This document shows positions 24,431-34,638 of a stretch of DNA of 41,674 nt, in pieces. The position numbers and the translations under genes were made by a program. A model generated the notes under the pieces. The model had not been told where the DNA came from. It saw only the letters and a program-made list of their open reading frames with translations, and searched no databases. Source of the stretch: Alphaproteobacteria bacterium (GTDB taxonomy: Bacteria; Pseudomonadota; Alphaproteobacteria; UBA7887); NCBI GenBank assembly GCA_036398035.1, contig DASWHU010000240.1, forward strand, positions 1 to 41,674. The letters are read 5' to 3'. The number at the start of each line of letters is the position of its first letter. Within the stretch, counting starts at the first letter, position 1.

Positions 24431-25582
24431 TCATTCCTGCGCAGGTAACGTCCCGGAAACGGGCGTGCTTTCCCGGGCCTGGTCGGCATCCGAAGTGACG
24501 ACGACCTGCTCGGGTCGCTCCCGCGCGTCGAGCGGAAAGACGCGCGCGGCGCGCGCGCGAATGAAAACGGACTGCTTGCCCTCGAGCCCGAGGGCCTCGA
24601 ATTCGGCACGAGACAACGTCGCCTCGACGACCGGCCGCTTCCCTCCGATCGAGAGTTCCACGCTGACCAGCGGCCCGGTGCGAATCACCTCGCGCACGAT
24701 GGCAGGAAGGCCCAGGCGCGCCTTGTCCAGCACGATCTCGACATCGTCCGGCCGCACGTAGGCGATCGCCGGGCCATCCGGCGCCCCGTGCGCGTCGGCA
24801 ATGGCGAAGTCGGTGTCGCAGACCACCGCCGTCCCGGCACGGATCACGCAGCTGAATCGATTCACGTCGCCAAGGAACTCGTAGACGAACGGCGTCGCCG
24901 GATGGTCGTAGATCTCAGCCGGCGCGCCCACCTGCGCGATTCGGCCCTGCTCCATCACGACCACCGTGTCGGCAAGCTCCAGGGCTTCCTCCTGATCGTG
25001 GGTCACGAACACGCTGGTGAGCCGCATCCTGTCGTGAAGACGCCTCAGCCAACGTCGCAGCTCTTTCCTGACCTTGGCGTCCAGTGCCCCAAACGGCTCA
25101 TCGAGCAGCAGGACGCGCGGCTCGATCGCGAGCGCGCGCGCGAGCGCGACGCGCTGCCTCTGGCCGCCCGATAGCTGCGAGGGGTAGCGCCGTGCGAATT
25201 GATCAATCTGCACTAAGTGCAGCAGCTCCAGCACCCGCCTGCGGATAGCGGCCTCGGAGATGCGCTCGCGGCGCGCCTTGACGCGCAGCCCGAAGGCCAC
25301 GTTCTCGAACACCGTCATGTGGCGGAACAGCGCGTAATGCTGGAACACGAAGCCGACCTGGCGCTCGCGCACGTGGCGGGCGCTTGCGTCCTCGCCGTCG
25401 AACAGCACCCGGCCCTGGCTCGGAAAGTCGAGCCCGGCGATGATCCGGAGCAGGGTCGTCTTGCCCGACCCCGACGGCCCGAGTAAAGCCACGAGCTCGC
25501 CGGGATCGATTCGCAGGCTCACGTCGTCGAGGGCGGTGAAGCGGTCGAACCGCTTCGTGACGTGCTGGACCTCGATGGTCAT
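24431..25582 (-). CDS. cysA: sulfate/thiosulfate ABC transporter ATP-binding protein
   Basis: I trimmed the ORF to [12 protein letters not shown]. Landmarks are Walker [10 protein letters not shown], the signature [15 protein letters not shown] and Walker B LLLDEPF. The call also rests on operon context with cysTW. Confidence 0.85.
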   Translation of the reverse strand: MTIEVQHVTKRFDRFTALDDVSLRIDPGELVALLGPSGSGKTTLLRIIAGLDFPSQGRVLFDGEDASARHVRERQVGFVFQHYALFRHMTVFENVAFGLRVKARRERISEAAIRRRVLELLHLVQIDQFARRYPSQLSGGQRQRVALARALAIEPRVLLLDEPFGALDAKVRKELRRWLRRLHDRMRLTSVFVTHDQEEALELADTVVVMEQGRIAQVGAPAEIYDHPATPFVYEFLGDVNRFSCVIRAGTAVVCDTDFAIADAHGAPDGPAIAYVRPDDVEIVLDKARLGLPAIVREVIRTGPLVSVELSIGGKRPVVEATLSRAEFEALGLEGKQSVFIRARAARVFPLDARERPEQVVVTSDADQARESTPVSGTLPAQE

Positions 25583-25593
25583 GACGGTGCTCC

Positions 25594-26460
25594 CTAACGC
25601 CGCCGCGTGGCCGCGAGCTCGGCGCCGTAGCGCCACTCCAGGACCGCCTTCAGCGCCAGCGTCACCAACGCAAGGAAGGCGAGCAGCGAGGCCACGGCAA
25701 AGGCGGCGGCGAAATCATACTCGTTGTAGAGGATTTCCACATGGAGCGGCACGGTGTTGGTGAGCCCGCGGATGTGGCCCGAGACCACGGAGACAGCCCC
25801 GAACTCGCCCATCGCGCGGGCGTTGCACAGCAGCACGCCGTAGAGCAGTCCCCACTTGACGTTGGGGAGCGTGACGCGCCAGAACGTCTGCCAGGCGCCG
25901 GCGCCCAGCGACAACGCCGCCTCCTCTTCCTCCGTCCCCTGTTCCTGCATGAGCGGGATCAGCTCGCGCGCGACGAACGGAAAGGTGACGAAGACCGTCG
26001 CCAGCACGATTCCGGGCACGGCGAAGATGATCTGGACGCCGTGCTCCGCGAGCCACGGGCCGAACCAGCCCTGGGCCCCGAACAGCAGCACGTAGACCAG
26101 GCCGGCGATCACGGGCGAGACCGAGAAGGGAAGGTCGATCAGGGTAGTGAGCACGCTCTTGCCAAGAAACTCGAACTTGGCGATTGCCCAGGCCGCGGCG
26201 AGCCCGAAGGCGACGTTGAGCGGCACGGCGATGGCGGCGGCGAGCAGAGTGAGTCGAATTGCTGCGGCGGCCTCCGGCTCGGTGACGGCGGCGAGGTAAG
26301 CGTCCACGCCGGCGCGCAATGCCTCGGCGAAGACCGTGACCAGCGGCAGCAACAGGAAGAGCGAGAGGAAGGCCAAGGCGAGCGCGGTCAGCGCCCAGCG
26401 CACACCCGCCGATTCCGTGGCCACCCGAGCCCTGCCGAGGTTTTCAAACTGGGTGGTCAT
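25594..26460 (-). CDS. cysW: sulfate ABC transporter permease
   Basis: 288 aa polytopic protein with the EAA-loop-like segment [21 protein letters not shown]. It lies immediately upstream of cysA. Confidence 0.8.
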   Translation of the reverse strand: MTTQFENLGRARVATESAGVRWALTALALAFLSLFLLLPLVTVFAEALRAGVDAYLAAVTEPEAAAAIRLTLLAAAIAVPLNVAFGLAAAWAIAKFEFLGKSVLTTLIDLPFSVSPVIAGLVYVLLFGAQGWFGPWLAEHGVQIIFAVPGIVLATVFVTFPFVARELIPLMQEQGTEEEEAALSLGAGAWQTFWRVTLPNVKWGLLYGVLLCNARAMGEFGAVSVVSGHIRGLTNTVPLHVEILYNEYDFAAAFAVASLLAFLALVTLALKAVLEWRYGAELAATRRR

Positions 26461-26610
26461 CGCTCCGTCCGATCACTCCGCATCGCCCGGCACGCGGGGC
26501 CGATACGACCGACCCTAGCCGCTACCATTCACGCGCGCCGCATGTCACCGTGGAAAATTCACCCGTGCCATCGCGGGCGTTTCCCCGAAACCACCATTTG
26601 CCCATTCGTC

Positions 26611-27447
26611 TCAGGCTGGCGCCATGCGCACCCGGCTCCAGTGCTGAAGAAGGTTGATCAGGAGCAGGAGCACGAACGAGGCCAGCAGCATCACGGTGCC
26701 GATCGCGGTCGCGCCGGCGTAATCGTATTGCTCCAGTTTGATCACGATCAGGAGCGGGGCGATCTCCGATACCATGGGTAGGTTGCCGGCGATGAAGATG
26801 ACCGATCCGTACTCGCCCACCGCCCGGGCGAAGGCGAGCGCCACGCCGGTGAGCACCGCTGGCGCGATCGAGGGCAGGATCACGCGCAGGAAGATTTGCA
26901 GGCGATTCGCCCCGAGGCTCGCCGCTGCCTCCTCGAGCTCGACGTCGAAGTCCTGGAGCACGGGCTCCACGGTGCGGACCACGAACGGCAGCCCGATGAA
27001 CACGAGCGCGACCACGACGCCGGACGGCGCGAACGCCACCTTCATTCCGAGTGGCGCGAGGAACTGCCCGATCCATCCGTTCTCGGCATAGAGCGCGGCG
27101 AGCGAGATGCCGGCGACGGCGGTCGGCAGGGCGAACGGCAGATCGACCACGCCGTCCACGATGCGCTTTCCCGGAAAGCGGTAGCGCACCAGCACCCAGG
27201 CGACGAGGACGCCGAAGACGGCGTTGATCAGCGCGGCCAGCGCCGAGGCGCCGAAGCTCAGCCGATACGCGGCAAGCGCCCGCGGCGCGAAGACCGCGGC
27301 GAGAAAGTCGGCCGCGCCCATGCCGGCGGTGCGCATCACCATGGCGGCGAGCGGCACAAGCACGACTAGGCTCAGATACAGGAGGGTGAAGCCGAGCGCC
27401 GGCCCGAAGCCGGGCAGGATGCTCGGGCGGCGAACCCTAGAGGGCAT
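26611..27447 (-). CDS. cysT: sulfate ABC transporter permease
   Basis: 278 aa. The N-terminus ILPGFGPALGFTLLYLSLVVLVPL is typical of CysT/CysU. The EAA loop is LEEAAASLGANRLQIFLRVILP. Confidence 0.8.
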   Translation of the reverse strand: MPSRVRRPSILPGFGPALGFTLLYLSLVVLVPLAAMVMRTAGMGAADFLAAVFAPRALAAYRLSFGASALAALINAVFGVLVAWVLVRYRFPGKRIVDGVVDLPFALPTAVAGISLAALYAENGWIGQFLAPLGMKVAFAPSGVVVALVFIGLPFVVRTVEPVLQDFDVELEEAAASLGANRLQIFLRVILPSIAPAVLTGVALAFARAVGEYGSVIFIAGNLPMVSEIAPLLIVIKLEQYDYAGATAIGTVMLLASFVLLLLINLLQHWSRVRMAPA

Positions 27448-27667
27448 GCGTGGCCTCGCCGAGTGCCGCCGCTACCGGCACGCTCGCGGGCGTCGCGCCC
27501 CGCGCGGCTGCGGCGGGCCGAGGCAGGGTGCTGCGCATACTCCCGATCTCACCATTCGTCGAGGGCGACCGCAGCCGCGCCGGGACCCGGCGATATGACA
27601 GTGGCGGCGGTCGCGAATCAACGGCGCCGTCGCGGCCACGCCCGCGCCGCCCCGGCCGCGGGCGGCC

Positions 27668-28696
27668 CTATTGCGTCGTCTGGTAGATGGCGTCGAAGAT
27701 GCCGCCGTCGGCGAAGTGCTTCCGCTGCGCGGCCTGCCAGCCGCCGAACGCCTCGTCCACGGTGAAACGCTCGAGGTCGGGGAAGCGGTCGAGGTCCTCG
27801 GGCCGGGCGTGCTGCGGTTCATGCGGGCGGTAATAGTGAGCTGCAGCGACGCGCTGGCCGGCCGGCGCGTAGAGGTACTCGACATAGGCCCGGGCAAGGT
27901 CGAGCGTGCCGTGCCTCTCGGCGTTGGCCTCGACCACCGTCACCGGCGGCTCGGCGAGGATGCTGACCGAGGGAACGACGATCTCGAACTTGTCGGGGCC
28001 AAATTCCTCGACGGCTAGAAATGCCTCGTTCTCCCAGGCCACGAGCACGTCGCCGATGCCGCGCTGGACGAAGGTGTTGGTCGAGCCCCGCGCGCCCGTG
28101 TCCAATACGGGGACGTTCCTATAGATGGCGCCGACGAACTCTCGCGCCTTGCCCTCGTTGCCGCTCCACTTGCGGAGCGCGTAGCCCCAAGCCGCGAGGT
28201 AGTTCCACCGCGCCCCGCCCGAGGTCTTCGGATTCGGTGTGATGACCTGGACGCCGGACTTCACGAGGTCGTCCCAGTCCCTCACTCCCTTGGGGTTCCC
28301 CTTGCGCACCAGAAACACGATCGTCGAGGTGTAGGGCGCGCTGTTGTGCGGCAACCGTAATTGCCAGTCCTTCGGAATCAGGCCGGAGCGTGCCGCGATC
28401 TCGTCGATGTCGTAGGCCAGCGCGAGCGTCACCACGTCGGCGGGAAGCCCGTCGATGACCGAGCGCGCCTGCTTTCCGGAACCGCCGTGGGACTGCCTGA
28501 TCGTGACCGTCTCCCCGGTCGTCTCTTTCCAATGGCTCGCGAATTCCGCGTTGAACTCCTGATAGAGCTCGCGCGTCGGATCGTACGAGACGTTGAGGAT
28601 CGTTCGATCCGCCCAGGTCGGAGTGGGCGCGAGCAGCACTGCCGCCGCCATCGCGGCAACAGCGAACCGTCGTCCGCAAAGGCTTGTCCGAAACAT
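27668..28696 (-). CDS. periplasmic sulfate/thiosulfate-binding protein (Sbp/CysP)
   Basis: 342 aa with a signal peptide. Landmarks are [33 protein letters not shown] and [20 protein letters not shown]. Confidence 0.85.
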   Translation of the reverse strand: MFRTSLCGRRFAVAAMAAAVLLAPTPTWADRTILNVSYDPTRELYQEFNAEFASHWKETTGETVTIRQSHGGSGKQARSVIDGLPADVVTLALAYDIDEIAARSGLIPKDWQLRLPHNSAPYTSTIVFLVRKGNPKGVRDWDDLVKSGVQVITPNPKTSGGARWNYLAAWGYALRKWSGNEGKAREFVGAIYRNVPVLDTGARGSTNTFVQRGIGDVLVAWENEAFLAVEEFGPDKFEIVVPSVSILAEPPVTVVEANAERHGTLDLARAYVEYLYAPAGQRVAAAHYYRPHEPQHARPEDLDRFPDLERFTVDEAFGGWQAAQRKHFADGGIFDAIYQTTQ

Positions 28697-28723
28697 GCAC
28701 TGTGTCCTTCGCTGCTCAGCCGC

Positions 28724-29809
28724 TCACGCGCCGCGGCTGCGCATGTAGCCGAGGGTGGACAGCGGCGCGATGGCGACGGCGTTGTTGCGATAGGTCGACC
28801 AGCTGTCGTAGATGCGCCGGTTGATGTCGCCGTCCGCGGCGGTCTCGGCGACCACCTCGGCGCTGATCTCGAACCAGCGCTTGAGCACGTCGTCGGGAAG
28901 CGGGCCGATGGTGACGTCGTGCTCGGCGACCAGCCTCTGCAGCGCGACCGCGTTCTCGAAGTCGAACTCGGACAGCAGCAGCGCCGCCTCGACCGTCGCC
29001 GAATTGCGGACGATCGCCTGCAAGTCCTTGGGCAGCGCCCGGTACGCCTCGAGGTTGACCATCAGCGACTGCGCGGTGCCGGGCTCGTGCACGCCCGGGC
29101 CGTAGCAGTGCTTGGCGACCTTGTAAAAGCCGAAGGCGAGGTCCATCCACGGCCCGCCCCATTCGGCGGCGTCGATCACCCCCGACTGAAGCGCCGGCAT
29201 GATCTCGCCGCCGGGCAAGTTCACCGTCGTCGCGCCCATCCGGTTGAGCACCTCCGCCTGAAGCCCGGCCATGCGGATCTTGAGCCCCTTCACGTCGTCG
29301 AGCGAGCGCACTTGGTTGCGGAACCAGCCGACCATCTGCATGCCGGCATTGCCGGCGAGCCACGCGCGCAGGCCGAAGCCCTCATACAGCTCGTCCCACA
29401 GCGCCTGGCCGCCGCCGTAATAGATCCAGCCCATGTGCTCGTCGGGCGTGAGCCCGCCGGGCACCGATGAGAAGAACGCCGAGCTGCGGTTCTTGGCGAT
29501 CCAGTAATAGGGCGAATCGTGGCCGAGCTCGGCGTTGCCGTCGCGCACCGCGTCGAACACCTCGAATGCGGGCACGAACTCGCCGGCCGCGAACAGCTTC
29601 ACCTCGAGCCGGCCGTCGGACATCTCGCCGATGCGGTCGGCGATGCGCTGCGCGGCGATGCCGACGCCCGGGAAGTTGCGCGGCCAGCAGGTGACCATGC
29701 GCCAGCTCACCCGCCCTTGCGCGATCGCCGGGGCCGGCATCGCCGCCGCCGCGAGTCCTGCGCCCGCGCCCTTGAGCAATCCGCGTCGACTGGTTGGTTT
29801 CCCCGACAT
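28724..29809 (-). CDS. TRAP-transporter solute-binding protein (DctP-type, COG4663-like), Tat signal
   Basis: I trimmed the ORF to MSGKPTSRRGLLKGAGAGLAAAAMPAPAIAQG, which is preceded by GGGAGG. WRMVTCWPRNFPGVG is typical of this binding-protein family. Confidence 0.75.
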   Translation of the reverse strand: MSGKPTSRRGLLKGAGAGLAAAAMPAPAIAQGRVSWRMVTCWPRNFPGVGIAAQRIADRIGEMSDGRLEVKLFAAGEFVPAFEVFDAVRDGNAELGHDSPYYWIAKNRSSAFFSSVPGGLTPDEHMGWIYYGGGQALWDELYEGFGLRAWLAGNAGMQMVGWFRNQVRSLDDVKGLKIRMAGLQAEVLNRMGATTVNLPGGEIMPALQSGVIDAAEWGGPWMDLAFGFYKVAKHCYGPGVHEPGTAQSLMVNLEAYRALPKDLQAIVRNSATVEAALLLSEFDFENAVALQRLVAEHDVTIGPLPDDVLKRWFEISAEVVAETAADGDINRRIYDSWSTYRNNAVAIAPLSTLGYMRSRGA

Positions 29810-29961
29810 GTCGTGGCCTCCCTGCTTGCCGCCGGTTGCGGCCCTCCCCCGCCAGCATGGCGCAAGTAACCGGACGGCTACAAGCCCGCCGCCCCGCTTG
29901 CCGGCCGGGCCGCAAACGCGCCACAGTGGCGCCCGCAGCGACACCCAGCACGGAGCGAGCG

Positions 29962-30405
29962 ATGGCCGAGTTCCCCCTCAAGGTCGGCGACCAAGTCACC
30001 TTCGCCAAGACGGTCGGCGAGACCGACATCTACCTGTTCGCAGGCATCACCGGCGACTTCGCCGGCAACCACGTCAACGAGGAGTACATGAAGGGCTCGA
30101 GCTATGGCCGGCGCATCGCCCACGGCGCGCTCCTGATCGGCTACATGTCGACCGCCTCGACCATGATGATCAATACCTGCCTGCGGGCCGACATGACCGA
30201 GACCCCGGTCTCGCTCGGCTACGACCGGGTGCGCTTCACCGCCCCGGTGTTCATCAACGACACGGTCACGGTCACCTACCGGATCAAGGACACCGACCCG
30301 GACAGCCGCCGCAGCCGGTCGCAGATAACGGTCACCAATCAGACCGGCGAGACCGTCGCGGTCGCCGAGCACATCCTCAAATGGGTGCCGAACCAGCGGT
30401 CCTAG
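29962..30405 (+). CDS. MaoC-like (R)-specific enoyl-CoA hydratase / hot-dog fold dehydratase
   Basis: I trimmed the ORF to MAEFPLKVGDQV, with GGAG upstream, giving 147 aa. Landmarks are FAGITGDFAGNHVNEEY and RIAHGALL. Confidence 0.75.
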   Translation: MAEFPLKVGDQVTFAKTVGETDIYLFAGITGDFAGNHVNEEYMKGSSYGRRIAHGALLIGYMSTASTMMINTCLRADMTETPVSLGYDRVRFTAPVFINDTVTVTYRIKDTDPDSRRSRSQITVTNQTGETVAVAEHILKWVPNQRS

Positions 30406-31336
30406 CGCGGGCGAGGAACGCCTCGACCTCGGCGCGGCGGGGGATCGGCGCGACCGCGCCGTAGCCGATGGTAGCGAGCGCGGCGGCGGCGTTGGCGTAG
30501 GCGGCCGCGGCGAGCGGATCGCGCCCGGCGACGGTCTCGGCGAGAAACGCGCCGTCGAACGCGTCGCCCGCGCCGGAGGCATCGACGCAGGCGACCGCAT
30601 GGCCGGCGATCCGGCGGTGCTCCGCTCCCGTTGCGACCAGTACGCCTTCGGCGCCCATCTTCACCGCCACCACGCGCGCGCCGAGGTCGAGATACGCCGC
30701 GGCGATTTCAGCCACCCGCTCGCGCCCGGTCAGCAGCCGGCCCTCCTCGGCGTTGGTCAGCACGTACCAGGCCTGTGCGGCGGTGGCGTCGATCACCGCA
30801 CGCGCGCGCTCGAGCGGCCACAGCCTGAGCCTGAGGTTGGGATCGTACGAGACCCGCACGCCGCTCTCGTTGGCGAGCGCGACCGCGTGGGCCACGGCCT
30901 CGTACGCGCTGGCGCTGATCGCCTGGCTGATGCCGGAGACGTGCAGCACCTTGGCGTCGGCGATCATGTTTCCGGGCAGGTCGGCGGCGCGCATCCGGCT
31001 CGCGGCGCTACCCGTGCGGTAATAGGTGAAGTGGTGGCCGCTGGTGTCGTGGGTGATGAAGTAGACGCCGGTCTGGGCCTCCGGGTCGCGTTTCACCCCC
31101 GACGTGACGATTCCCTCCGCGCGCCACAGCTCCAGGAACGACTCGCCGAACGGATCGGCGCCGAGGGCGGTGACGTAGCCGACGCGCGCCCCCTGGCGGG
31201 CGGCGGCGATGGCGCAGTTCGAGGTATCGCCGCCGTAACCGGCGAGCCAGCGGTTGCCGCCGGAATCGGGCAGGCGGGTGAACTCGGCCAGCGGCTCGCC
31301 CAGACAGACGATGTCCGCCGGCACGGCCGCGCTCAC
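30377..31336 (-). CDS. kdgK: 2-dehydro-3-deoxygluconokinase (PfkB/ribokinase family sugar kinase)
   Basis: Only the C-terminal 319 codons of the 782-aa track ORF look like protein. The GTG start at 31336 overlaps the stop of the upstream gene (GTGA). Landmarks are DIVCLGEPLAEF, GGDTSNCAIAAARQG and VDASGAGDAFDGAFL. Confidence 0.75.
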   Translation of the reverse strand: MSAAVPADIVCLGEPLAEFTRLPDSGGNRWLAGYGGDTSNCAIAAARQGARVGYVTALGADPFGESFLELWRAEGIVTSGVKRDPEAQTGVYFITHDTSGHHFTYYRTGSAASRMRAADLPGNMIADAKVLHVSGISQAISASAYEAVAHAVALANESGVRVSYDPNLRLRLWPLERARAVIDATAAQAWYVLTNAEEGRLLTGRERVAEIAAAYLDLGARVVAVKMGAEGVLVATGAEHRRIAGHAVACVDASGAGDAFDGAFLAETVAGRDPLAAAAYANAAAALATIGYGAVAPIPRRAEVEAFLARARTAGSAPI

Positions 31337-31995
31337 CCCGCGGGCAGGCCGAGCGAGGCGCGCAGGCTCTTGCCGAGTGCCGTGATCTCGCCGCTCCGCC
31401 CGGCCAGGATCAGGCGCTCGTCGACCAGCCGCCCGCCCATGCCGATGAAGGCCGCGCCCGCGTCGAGATACTCCAGCACCTGCTCGGCGCGGATGCCCCC
31501 TGTCGGCACCAGCGGCACGCCGGGGAAGATCGACCTGAGCGCACTGACATGCGCCGGACCGCCGGCGCTCGAGACCGGAAAGATCTTGACCGCATCGGCG
31601 CCGGCGGCGCGCGCCGCCAGCACCTCGGTCGGGGTCAGCGCGCCGAGCAGCACCGGCACCCCGGCCGCATGGCACGGCGCGACGACCGCGGGGACGACGC
31701 ACGGCGAGACCACGAAGCGCGCGCCCGCGGAGAGGCAACGTTCGGCGTCTTGCTCGCTGGTCACGGTGCCGGCCCCGACCAGCACGCCCGGCCGAGCCGC
31801 GAGCGACTCGATCAGCGCCGGCGCGTCGGCGATGGTCATGGTGATCTCGAACACGTCGAAGCCCGCGTCGGCGAGCGCATCTACCGCCTGCTCCGCAGTG
31901 GTCGCCGCGGACGTGCGTATCACCGGCACGATCTTGGCCTCGACCAGCCGGCCGAGAAGACCGCCGATGTCCGCCGATGGCGCCGCCCGATTCAC
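31333..31995 (-). CDS. eda: 2-dehydro-3-deoxyphosphogluconate / 4-hydroxy-2-oxoglutarate aldolase
   Basis: 220 aa with a GTG start. Landmarks are IVPVIR, FEITMT, VGAGTV, VKIFP (Schiff-base Lys region) and VPTGGI. Confidence 0.8.
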   Translation of the reverse strand: MNRAAPSADIGGLLGRLVEAKIVPVIRTSAATTAEQAVDALADAGFDVFEITMTIADAPALIESLAARPGVLVGAGTVTSEQDAERCLSAGARFVVSPCVVPAVVAPCHAAGVPVLLGALTPTEVLAARAAGADAVKIFPVSSAGGPAHVSALRSIFPGVPLVPTGGIRAEQVLEYLDAGAAFIGMGGRLVDERLILAGRSGEITALGKSLRASLGLPAG

Positions 31996-32049
31996 GCGCG
32001 CGCGCCCTTCGTCCGCCCGGAGTCGATTGGCCGCCTATCCATTGCCGCC

Positions 32050-33249
32050 TCAGAATGCCCGCACCGGCACCTCGGCACCTCGCCGCTCGGCCGACAGATA
32101 GGCGCTGTAGATGGTCGAGATGCAGTCGGCGGCAAGCCGCGAATCGCTCTCGGCCTCTTCGCCATACGCGACCGTGCGGTAGAACGCCTCGATCTCCTGC
32201 GGGAAGCCGGTCATCTGGTCCTCGTCCGGGGCGGTGAACTGCCAGCCCTGCTTGGTGCCGGTCTTCTCGACCACGTAGATGTCCTTGAAGGTGGCGTCCA
32301 CCGGGTTGTAGGTGAGCATGGCGGTGTTGGGGTTGATGTTGCAGATCGCGCGGTGGTTGTTGGCGCATACCTCGAGCCAGTTGTGGATGCCGCCCATCAC
32401 GATCTCCGAGGCAAAGATGTCGGCCACGGTGCCGTCCTCGAAGGTCACGTGGATCGCCGCGAAGTCCTCGATGTCGTGATAGTCGGTGCGCAGGTGGCCG
32501 GCGTCGCGGTAGCCCTCGAGGCGGGTCAGCTCGTGGGTGCGCGCGCTCACTGTCGCCGGGCGGATCGGCCGGCCGTCGCGGGCGCGGCCCTCGACCCGCT
32601 TCAGGTACAGCGCCGCGCCCAGCGGGTGGCAGGCCTTGCCGATCATCGAGCCGCCGCCGCCCAGCCGCCAGAAGCCGTAGGCCTTGGAGTGCGACCCCGA
32701 ATGCGCTTCCTCGCCGTGCAGCCACAGGATCTGGGCGCCGGTCTTCTCGACGATCTCGCGCTCCTTCTGGATCGCCGGCGCATGGACCCAGTTCTCGGCG
32801 TAGAGGATGCGCCCGCGGCTCGCCTGCTCGGCCGCGAGCATGCGCTCGATGCTCGCCAGCGCACCGGCGAGCGCCGCCTGCTTGGGCGCGCCGCGGCCGT
32901 CGAAATCGGCCGAGCCGTCGCCGAAGTAGCCGGTCAGCGGTTTTTCCACGATCGCGAACCTGTCGCGCGCGAGCGCCGCCACCGCGATCGGCTCGTGGGC
33001 GGCCGGCGGCACGCAGACGTGGACAACCTCAGACTTGTCCAGCACCTCCTCGATGCTGCCGAGCGCGGCCAGCCCGTGGGCATCGGCGAACCGGCGCGCG
33101 TTCGCGGGCGTCGGCGAGTACACCCCGACCAGGTCGACGTCTGTGCCGTAGACCCTCCGGATGCCGTGGACGTGGAGCGCGGCGGCGAAGCCGGACCCGA
33201 CCAGGCCGGCGCGGACGGTCTTCCTGCTCACCAGCTTCCCTCCCCGCAT
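32050..33249 (-). CDS. Gfo/Idh/MocA family oxidoreductase
   Basis: The start is uncertain. One option is the ATG at 33249. The other is the GTG at 33231, preceded by GGAGGG, which gives VSRKTVRAGLVGSGFAA. The N-terminus has a Rossmann fold and the protein ends ...AYLSAERRGAEVPV. Confidence 0.75.
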   Translation of the reverse strand: MRGGKLVSRKTVRAGLVGSGFAAALHVHGIRRVYGTDVDLVGVYSPTPANARRFADAHGLAALGSIEEVLDKSEVVHVCVPPAAHEPIAVAALARDRFAIVEKPLTGYFGDGSADFDGRGAPKQAALAGALASIERMLAAEQASRGRILYAENWVHAPAIQKEREIVEKTGAQILWLHGEEAHSGSHSKAYGFWRLGGGGSMIGKACHPLGAALYLKRVEGRARDGRPIRPATVSARTHELTRLEGYRDAGHLRTDYHDIEDFAAIHVTFEDGTVADIFASEIVMGGIHNWLEVCANNHRAICNINPNTAMLTYNPVDATFKDIYVVEKTGTKQGWQFTAPDEDQMTGFPQEIEAFYRTVAYGEEAESDSRLAADCISTIYSAYLSAERRGAEVPVRAF

Positions 33250-33338
33250 GGCGCCGCCGGGGCTTGACAGTTTGCACATCCGCGGCCGAAGCGCTAACCA
33301 AGATTCGCGCCTCGGCGCGCGATGGAGGGCGGCGGCGT

Positions 33339-34583
33339 ATGCACGGGACGGTCGGTCTTGATCGGCGCGGGTGGGCTCGCGCCCTCGCCGCCGCGGTGGT
33401 CGCCGCACTCGCGCTCGCGGCCTGCTCCGAGAGCGACGAGGACAAGGCGACTGCGGCCTATGAGCGCGGCGACTTCCAAGCCGCGGGCGCCCTCGCCGGC
33501 GCGCTTGCCGCGGCCGGGAACCCGCGCGGGTTGGAGCTGCTCGCCCTGATGGCCGCCCAGGGCCTGGGACGCGCGATCGACTATGGCGAAGCGTTCGCGC
33601 TGATCGACCGCGCGATCGCGCTCAACCCGTCCTATGCGGACACGCGCGCCGCGATCGAGGCTCGTCGCACCGCCGCGACCGCGGCCTCCGCCAAGGCCTT
33701 CGATACCGGCGACTACGAGCGCGCCTACGACATCGCCAGGCCGCTCGCCGCATTCGGCGATGACGACAGCGCCCGGCTGGTCGACGCCCTGGTCACCGGC
33801 CACTACATCCGCCTGCCGGGATCGGACATGTCCTGGCGACGGTTCTGGGAGCAATGCAGCGGCAATACCCGGTTCGAGACCGAGGCCGAGGCCGAGGCTG
33901 GGTTCGATAGCGGCTGCGCCGGGCTGCATGCGGTCTGGGATGGACTGGTGGTCCGCGCCCTGCCCGGCGAGCTTCACGTCAAGATGACTCCCGGCCGCCC
34001 GGCGGCGCACCACGACATCACTCTGATGCTCGACCCGCCTCCCGACCCGGAGCTCGCCTCGCCCGGGCGCAAGGTGCGGTTCGCGGGCGTGGTCGCCGCA
34101 CGCGGCACGCCGAGCCGGCCCGACGTGCTCGCCCAAGGGGCGATCATCGGCCCGGCGCCGCTGACCGCCGAAGAGGCCAGCCATGAGCAGACGGTGGTTC
34201 TTCAGGCGGTGATGAACGCCTGCCAGACGCTGGTCGAGGAGCGCTTCCGCGCCGAGCTGATGCCGCAATGGGCGATCGAGGTCGAGGCGCAGGTGCGCGC
34301 CGGCGGCAGCCCGCGCAGCCGCGCCTTCTCGCTGTTCGTCGGCATCACCTCGGGGCCTGACGCATTCGCCCGCCAGGCCGACGGGACATGGCACGGCAGG
34401 TTCGACGGCACTGTGACCATCCAGAGCGTCGTTGCGCGCACCGCCCAGGTGACCGAGTACACCGCCGACTGCACCATCGACGGCGCGTACCGGCGCGGCG
34501 ACAGGCCGGGCGAGCACGGCGTGCTCAGCTTCGTCCGGGTTGCCGAGCCGCTGGTCGAATCGGCGCCCGCGCGCCTGCGGTAG
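33339..34583 (+). CDS. hypothetical lipoprotein with an N-terminal Sel1/TPR-like region
   Basis: I trimmed the ORF to the ATG at 33339, with GGAGGG 9 nt upstream. The lipobox is LALAAC. There are no recognisable catalytic motifs. Confidence 0.55.
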   Translation: MHGTVGLDRRGWARALAAAVVAALALAACSESDEDKATAAYERGDFQAAGALAGALAAAGNPRGLELLALMAAQGLGRAIDYGEAFALIDRAIALNPSYADTRAAIEARRTAATAASAKAFDTGDYERAYDIARPLAAFGDDDSARLVDALVTGHYIRLPGSDMSWRRFWEQCSGNTRFETEAEAEAGFDSGCAGLHAVWDGLVVRALPGELHVKMTPGRPAAHHDITLMLDPPPDPELASPGRKVRFAGVVAARGTPSRPDVLAQGAIIGPAPLTAEEASHEQTVVLQAVMNACQTLVEERFRAELMPQWAIEVEAQVRAGGSPRSRAFSLFVGITSGPDAFARQADGTWHGRFDGTVTIQSVVARTAQVTEYTADCTIDGAYRRGDRPGEHGVLSFVRVAEPLVESAPARLR

Positions 34584-34638
34584 GGACGGGCGAAGAGATT
34601 TGGCTGTCCGGCTAACGAACGGCCTACGCCGCCCGCGT

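Noticed and set aside
26441-26452. A TTTCAAACTG match to the core of the GIY-YIG element inverted repeat.
   Set aside because: The match is only about 10 bp. It lies inside the cysW start region and has no partner repeat nearby, so it is most likely chance.
30377-32725. A 782-aa ORF that would be the largest protein in this region.
   Set aside because: Only the C-terminal 319 codons (from the GTG at 31336) have protein-like composition and PfkB kinase motifs. The N-terminal 460 residues are Arg/Gly/Pro/Ala-rich and lie out of frame over the well-supported eda (31333..31995) and Gfo/Idh/MocA (32050..33249) genes. This is a typical high-GC open-frame artefact.
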